Assembly: GCA_000091205.1 (NCBI GenBank)
Contig: AP006490.2
DNA from: Cyanidioschyzon merolae
Lineage: Eukaryota
DNA: 64,000 nucleotides
Strand: one strand, 5' to 3'
A program made the translations under genes and the position numbers. This document shows, one piece after another, positions 58,310 through 64,000 of this stretch; the first letter of the stretch is position 1, and the number at the start of each line of letters is the position of its first letter. The notes beneath the pieces were generated by a model. That model made no database searches and was not told the origin of the DNA. It was given only the letters and a program-made list of their open reading frames with translations.

Positions 58310-58530
58310 ACCAGCAGCTGTGCAGGGCTACATCCACAGATACGACTCTATGGGCTGTATAAGGTGTTGCTATCTAGCGAGATGTATGCTTTCAATGAAA
58401 TTACCAGCAGCTGTGCAGGGCTACATCCACAGATACGACTCTACGGCCTGTATAAGGTGTTGCTATCTAGCGAGATGTATGCTTTCAATGAAATTACCAG
58501 CAGCTGTGCAGGGCTACATCCACGAGTCCT
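58310..58530. repeat. 93-bp tandem repeat, ~2.4 units
   Basis: The unit accagcagctgtgcagggctacatccacagatacgactctatgggctgtataaggtgttgctatctagcgagatgtatgctttcaatgaaatt is repeated at 58310, 58403 and (partially) 58496. In ORF 58226-58660 it encodes a 31-aa repeat. Confidence 0.85.
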
Positions 58531-59220
58531 TCGCAAGAGACGTGCTCCTAGCAATGGATGGGGCAGCGATACATTCCATGTCGAACGGTACAATCTGGGG
58601 TCAGTGGATACAAGCCATTGTACAGGATTACTGAAACCTGCATTGAGCCGCATTCATTAAGGCATTGAGGAGAGTTCAGAAGATCCGTTAAAGCGGTGGA
58701 GATAAACTTACCGCCAAAAGAACCTGAAAGCGCACAGCATATGGCAGTGGAAAGCGCTCTGGTGAATGCTGCAATCCTCCGAGTGGCTGAGCAGCGCCCG
58801 CATTGCTGGAGTTTTATCGAGTCAGCACCAAAGCGATGGAACTCCGGAAAGCTCCATCTACCGTATGACAAACTTCATACGTCGATGCTCAAAAATTCAA
58901 CCGTATGCGACGATCTGCACCATGCAACCCCAGCGGCTCCAGCATTAGCCGAGCATGACCATCATCCATGGTAGCTTCAGATGCTAATGGATCTCTTTCG
59001 GGTGCTGGCATATTTTAAATGCGGATCTACAGAGTGTAGCGTGACATGGCCTTGCGAGATACAGGATAGCGCGAGAGCATCTCGCCAAGTGCGCATCACA
59101 GGATGCTGGCCTGGAAACGGTACCCGCCGCGTTCGTCGACGAGACCCGTTCGATGCCTCAGTGCGTAAAGAGTCTGGCGAGCGGTTCATTCTGAGCAGCA
59201 GAAAAGGTCTTGAATTTGTG

Positions 59221-59238
59221 CAGCAGCAGCAGCAGCAG
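59221..59238. repeat. (CAG)6 trinucleotide repeat
   Basis: Direct reading. Confidence 0.85.
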
Positions 59239-59984
59239 CGTTACCAAGAACTGCTGCAAGCGGGTCGAACGGTACACCGGTGCAACAAAGAAAGCAGGTG
59301 CGTTGCATACGGGCATTTGCCTTGCCGCGTGTACCTAGAGTCCACCACATACAACGAGCGTCATCGTCATGGATTGCCATTCGCCGACCAAAAAAAGTCG
59401 CAGATGCATCGTCCAACCATGACACTGGGACGTCTCAGACTACAGCGAGCGATGATGATGGACGCCTCTCTGTGTCCAGTCATACATTGAATCGTAATTG
59501 CCCGATAAATCACGCCGAACGGCGTGCTATGTGGCATGAATCGCGGCATGTCGTCCGCTTTTCTTGCACATGTCGTGGCGAATGGCTATTTATGATCATT
59601 TTTATCTGAACTCGGAGGAGCACGACGTATCTCGATACTGCAATCGTGTCTGTGGCCAACGCGAACGGCATCAATGGTAGATGCTCCCGCAGTGATTTTG
59701 AAACCCATCGAGGTCCTTGAAGAGTGCTGGATTCCTATGTATCATTCATAAAATTCTAATCACTGCCGCTTGTGTTCGGGTCACGACTACCAAGTTGAGC
59801 TGCGCGAGCCATTCAGCGTACTCTGACGACAGACGAAGACTCCTCTCCCGGGAGCAAAAACAAGTCTCGTTCGTTCGATCTTCAGCACTCTGCAGTGTAA
59901 CCGAATCAGCAACAGGCGCCCCGAAACGAGCGCTCTATCTGCATCGCGCCTCTACGAGCCGGACAATGCTGCTAAGACCCCGGA

Positions 59985-60737
59985 TCACTGGACGCTACAA
60001 CACGCGTCTTTGCGTTGGTCATGCGGTTCGTGTTTCGCTACCCGACGTGACTCATTCCCGGAGTCCGTCGGACGGTGCCCTGCACTCGCGTGCGGCGAAC
60101 GTTTCGGCAGCTCGGTTGCCTTCGGTCCGGCTTGGTCGCTCTTGGGCCGCTCCCGCCGCGCCTTCAGACCCGCCAGAATAGCTGCGTCAAAGACGGCCTT
60201 GAGTCCGACCTGCGTCAGGGCGGAACACTCGAGATACTGGATCGCGCCGATCTCAGTGGCTAGGCGTCGACCCATGTCCGCCGTGATTGCGGTTTCCCCT
60301 CGTGCTTCCAGCTCTTTCACCACCGGATAGCTTTCTCTTAGATCGAGTTTCGTGCCCACTAGAATGATGGGCGTCTCAGGGTTCGAGGCACGCAGATCAG
60401 GGACCCACTTCACGGCCACGTTCTCGAAACTCGCGGGCGCTACCAGCGAGAACGCCAGGATGAAAACGTCAGCGTTCCAGTACGAGAGCGCTCGCAGCCT
60501 CTTATAGTCTTCTTGACCAGCTGTATCCCACAGCTCAATAGGTACCTCTTGCCCGTTACAGAGCACCACGGCGCTATAGTTATCGAAGATTGTCGGCACG
60601 TAGTCTGTCGGGAACTGGTTGCTCGTATAGCTCATCAACATGCATGTTTTTCCAACGCTTCCATCACCTACGACCACGACTTTAATGGCAGAGTCGTCTG
60701 CATCAAACGTCTCTGGAGGAAGGTGTACTCCGTGCAT
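59985..60737 (-). CDS. Rho/Rac-family small GTPase with CAAX box
   Basis: Shows [86 protein letters not shown] and [14 protein letters not shown], which is close to the Rac1 consensus. A 60-aa basic tail ends in CCSVQ (CAAX). A 16-aa N-terminal extension precedes the G1 box. Confidence 0.85.
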   Translation of the reverse strand: MHGVHLPPETFDADDSAIKVVVVGDGSVGKTCMLMSYTSNQFPTDYVPTIFDNYSAVVLCNGQEVPIELWDTAGQEDYKRLRALSYWNADVFILAFSLVAPASFENVAVKWVPDLRASNPETPIILVGTKLDLRESYPVVKELEARGETAITADMGRRLATEIGAIQYLECSALTQVGLKAVFDAAILAGLKARRERPKSDQAGPKATELPKRSPHASAGHRPTDSGNESRRVAKHEPHDQRKDACCSVQ

Positions 60738-61059
60738 GGTCGCCAGCAGACAGCCGCACCAAAGTACACGGCCTCGGAATAGCGCTCACCCCCGAGTGAT
60801 AGGACTGGTGGAATTCGCGCGATTGCTCCCGCGCTCGCCGCGACATCGACGCGCGTGGACACGCCACCCGGGGGTCCAGGGACGGTCGATAGTAGCGCCT
60901 TGTCGTTTTTTTCTTATCGTTACACCGGGGTTAGGTGAGCATGGGACATTGAACAGCTCGCTCTATTTATGTGTTGAGCATGTTTCTCCCACCTTTTTAT
61001 TAGGTACACGGCGTTGACACTCGAAGTGGATCAATTAGGGTGTGAGGAATCGTAGGTAG

Positions 61060-62230
61060 ATATGGGATTCCTGGTCGTATGTTCGGAATGGCTCCGTCGA
61101 CGCTTTGCAGCTGGAACTCGCGACGTTCCTGGAATCCGGGTGATTCGCGACGCACTCGAACAAGCATTCGTAAAAAAACCGATATCATTATCAGATTCGT
61201 ATTTGCGGGCCTCTACTGTTCTGCTCTCCTTACGTATTGCATGCTGCAATTACGAATCCGCCAAGTTGTCGATCTCTGTGTGTCAAGGTAACTTGTGGGG
61301 GCAGCAGTTCGCACTGCTGATCCAACGAGACAAAGCTAGGCGTCTTGTTTGGCGGCTTGTCCACAAGCACAGATCGAACGTTCTCTGAACTTGACACATC
61401 AAGGAATCGTTATCGTTCGCAAGGCAAATCCTCCTCGCCTAGCGAACATCAACGAAACAGTATTCGACGTGGGCACGATACCTCTGAAAGGATATGTTTC
61501 GAGTGACTTCTGTCTCCGCTGTTTGCATGGAGAAGGGTCCTGGACGTATAGTTGAGTTATCGCGTGAATCGCTTCCAGTGCGGAGTCTGTCAACGCTGTG
61601 AACGCAGAAAGCGTGCAGGGTTCACAGCGTCTCGACTTGCTCTAGTACCTGAATCGTTCATCTGGGTCTTGTTTCATCATGGGAACCAACGCGTTCCACA
61701 AATCCTCTATCGAAAAGGAAGGCTTGCACTTGCATGTGCAGCACGCAGCGTACTTGCCGAGGTGATCGTCCAGAAAAAGCCCTTAATCATTGGACACGGC
61801 ATCGGGCACTGAAACGCATGAGAGCATCGAGGGTAGCCCTCTGTACCCGTCAAGGGCATATACCGAGCGATGAAGCGAGCGTACACGCTCCACTGGTCAA
61901 CGCCTGGAATAGCAGGCGGCCTTATGGGAGTATGGGGAAATCTGACGCGAATGAAGTGTCAGCACTGAGCACAGCGCACCGAGACAGTGTTTGAAAAAGA
62001 TGCAAATGGCAAGCGAGGCGTAGATCGCCATCACCGCCAGTGCATGAAATGCGTCGACAACGACAGGAAACTGCAAAATTGGGACTTGCACGCCAAAACC
62101 AATATCCTTCAACTGCTGGCAAAGGAGCTGGAGCGACCGGAGAGACCGGCATTTTGAACGCCAGAGATAAGCGTGTTGGGAATGAAGCAATGGCAGGAAA
62201 AATCCGCAATTCCTGTCGTTGATGACAATA
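61060..62230 (+). pseudogene. compact TnpB-like element, family 3, copy b (~400 codons in three frames)
   Basis: ORF 61349-61555 carries the RuvC-I-like ETVFDVGTIPLKGYVSSD (cf. TnpB AAGVDVGIKDFAIVTDG; Asp at 61466-61468). ORF 61552-61812 carries CGVCQRCERR...QILYRKGRLALACAARSVLAEVIVQ (the helix plus RuvC-II region, cf. DFLHKL...E). Frame 61969-62160 carries RQCMKCVDNDRKLQNWDLHAKTNILQL (the RuvC-III region; Asp at 62083-62085). A conserved 3-prime tail runs to ~62230. Confidence 0.55.
61969..62160 (+). pseudogene. RuvC-III/zinc-finger C-terminal fragment of family-3 TnpB-like gene (copy b)
   Basis: Shows CMKCVDNDRKLQNWDLHAKTNILQLLAKELERPERPAF, homologous to 53485-53637. Confidence 0.5.
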
Positions 62231-62585
62231 TGGCGAAATCCAGACGGTAACGTCTACGCCTAGTTTGGCTCAGTGGGTCTGTTCCATTTTATTCTGACCT
62301 GGGTAGTGTAGTCCATCGTTGTTTCATAGGCCGCATGGGCAAAGCGTCACCTCATGCGGCTCGCCATGCGTTTCTCGTTCGACTGGCGCTTGAATCTCGC
62401 ACCAACATCAAACGTCCAGAAATTGTATGGTGCGCTCAATTTCCTACCATCTCAGACTTGAGTTCACTTCGAACATAATCAAACGCTGAAGCAGCACTGA
62501 AGCTGAATCCTCTATTCTCGGAGCTTTTCACTATGCTAAACTGACTTGGGACCCGTCGGCAAAGTTTTGAAATAGTAGCGACAGC

Positions 62586-64000
62586 ATGTTTCGCTCCCCA
62601 AGCGAGTCGTTGCGGAGAGTTCTGCGCTCTCCGGCGAAAGCTGTTGCACGACTCGGGCGCAAGGGCTCCAAGCACATCGTCTATTTCCGGATCCACCGGC
62701 TTGTTCAGGAAGAGGAGGCTTACAAGTCCGCGCTTGCAGGTGTCGTAGACCAAACAGACGGTCGCGATCCGGACCAGACACGGGCTTCGGCGTTGAAAGC
62801 TCGTTCACTGCGTGTGTGTATTCAGTTTCTGGACGATCGGGCGGGATCTGTTCTTCAAACGTCTTCGACAACGAACGGAGTCTGGGAGGAAACTCTGGAA
62901 TCGAATGTTACACTTTATCCACTGGCCAACGAGAAACGCTTTGAACCGCTCGTTGCTCAGGTGAAGTTGTACGATGTACAGCGGGACCAGCCCATAGGCG
63001 TTGGCGAAGTGGATGTAGCCCAGTTTGCGCCAGCGTGCGTAAACCGCAACACTGGGGACGGTGCCGAAGCACCAGCGGCACACCGTTTTCATCGGCGCAC
63101 GGGGAGCACGGACTTTGGAGAATGCCTTCTGGAGCTCAGGTCCTCAACTAGCGAGAGCAGAAACACACCAAAGTCGAATCGAATCCGAGCGGTGCTCCTC
63201 ATTAGCATCAGCATTGACCAGCCGCATACGTTCACCGATGTGTCTGCGTCGATCGGATCCCGTGACAGCGCGAGCCAGGCTTCTTCAACAGAGTCCAGTG
63301 CAAGCGTACCCGATCTAATGAGCGCCAATCGAAACAGCATGCCAGAGCCGTTCAAAGGAAACCGCCCAAGGGCGACTCACGGCACGCGAACGGTGGCTGC
63401 AGGCGGATACCAGGGAGCACCGCTGACCTCATCGACAGCGCAGGCGTCGCTGACGGCTTTGCGAGCGTCGACCATGGCTCGCGAACGAATCCATTCAGCT
63501 CAGAATGAGGGAGGCAGCGAGGATTTTGCGAAGAAGACGAGCGCTGGGGGCCAGGCGTCGACGGCAGCGTCACCGCATGCCCAGAGCTTGCATCCCGCGG
63601 CTTCGATGCCGTCCAGTGTGACATCGCTACTGCAGGATCGGGACCGAGGACCCAACAGCGGTACGGCGGAACGAATACCGCAGCCTGATGAAGCATCTCT
63701 ATGGAAGAGAGAACGTGATCGGTTCGCAAAACAACTTTTGCTGCAGGCGGAAACGTTTCAGGAGGAAATTCGCGAGCTTTCCGCGACCAACAGTGCATTG
63801 CGTGTTCAGTTGGCGGCGCTGTGTCGCGAACGCGAGGCGCAGCAGCTATTCAGCGTCCCTGCTGAGAGGCGCCAGAGCGCGCGTACGCACCCAGGCGACC
63901 ATGGCCTACCGCTCGCAACTACTGGACTCGCTTTAGCACGCAGCACTGCAAAGGAGGATATCGGTGCTGAGCTGGACCCTGTTCCGGTCGACTGGGATCG
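62586..64000 (+). CDS. hypothetical protein, 3-prime partial (frame is open from ATG 62586 to the window end; absent from the supplied ORF track because no stop lies in the window)
   Basis: By hand translation I find no stop in frame 0 from 62571 to 64000 (471 or more codons), preceded by TGA at 62568-62570. The product is Ser/Ala-rich with a coiled-coil-like C-terminal part (ETFQEEIRELSATNSALRVQLAALCREREAQQ). The - strand ORFs 62536-63798 are shorter and overlapping. Confidence 0.5.
   Translation, partial: MFRSPSESLRRVLRSPAKAVARLGRKGSKHIVYFRIHRLVQEEEAYKSALAGVVDQTDGRDPDQTRASALKARSLRVCIQFLDDRAGSVLQTSSTTNGVWEETLESNVTLYPLANEKRFEPLVAQVKLYDVQRDQPIGVGEVDVAQFAPACVNRNTGDGAEAPAAHRFHRRTGSTDFGECLLELRSSTSESRNTPKSNRIRAVLLISISIDQPHTFTDVSASIGSRDSASQASSTESSASVPDLMSANRNSMPEPFKGNRPRATHGTRTVAAGGYQGAPLTSSTAQASLTALRASTMARERIHSAQNEGGSEDFAKKTSAGGQASTAASPHAQSLHPAASMPSSVTSLLQDRDRGPNSGTAERIPQPDEASLWKRERDRFAKQLLLQAETFQEEIRELSATNSALRVQLAALCREREAQQLFSVPAERRQSARTHPGDHGLPLATTGLALARSTAKEDIGAELDPVPVDWD

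Noticed and set aside
58310-58530. Tandem 93-bp repeat considered as a CRISPR-like array
   Set aside because: The units are directly adjacent with no unique spacers, the context is eukaryotic, and the repeat is in frame within an ORF.

Overview
This 64-kb window is GC-rich (~58%) eukaryotic nuclear DNA that appears intron-poor. PRP8 (7.2 kb), Nup155 (4.85 kb), a USP (3.3 kb) and GyrB (2.5 kb) each read as a single uninterrupted ORF. About 15 host genes are recognisable: two hypothetical proteins, organelle-type GyrB, a divergent PRP8, a class II CPD photolyase, a DUF177/YceD-like protein, a mitochondrial carrier, an M14 carboxypeptidase, a longin R-SNARE, a histidine phosphatase, RanBP1, Nup155, a USP deubiquitinase, a Rho/Rac GTPase, and an ORF running off the 3-prime edge. 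The ORF track uses alternative start codons (TTG/GTG shown as M), so I re-set several starts to the first ATG. Between the host genes sit AT-richer islands. By eye, these hold at least eight copies or fragments, in three sequence families, of genes whose protein fragments carry the RuvC-I/II/III motifs of TnpB / Fanzor (OMEGA RNA-guided nuclease) proteins. All copies are interrupted by frameshifts or in-frame TAG codons. Each family has a short conserved non-coding tail immediately after the stop codon, which is where TnpB/Fanzor systems encode their guide RNA. I rank this element cluster as the most interesting content of the window. Everything here is inferred by eye from the sequence; no database search or RNA folding was run.
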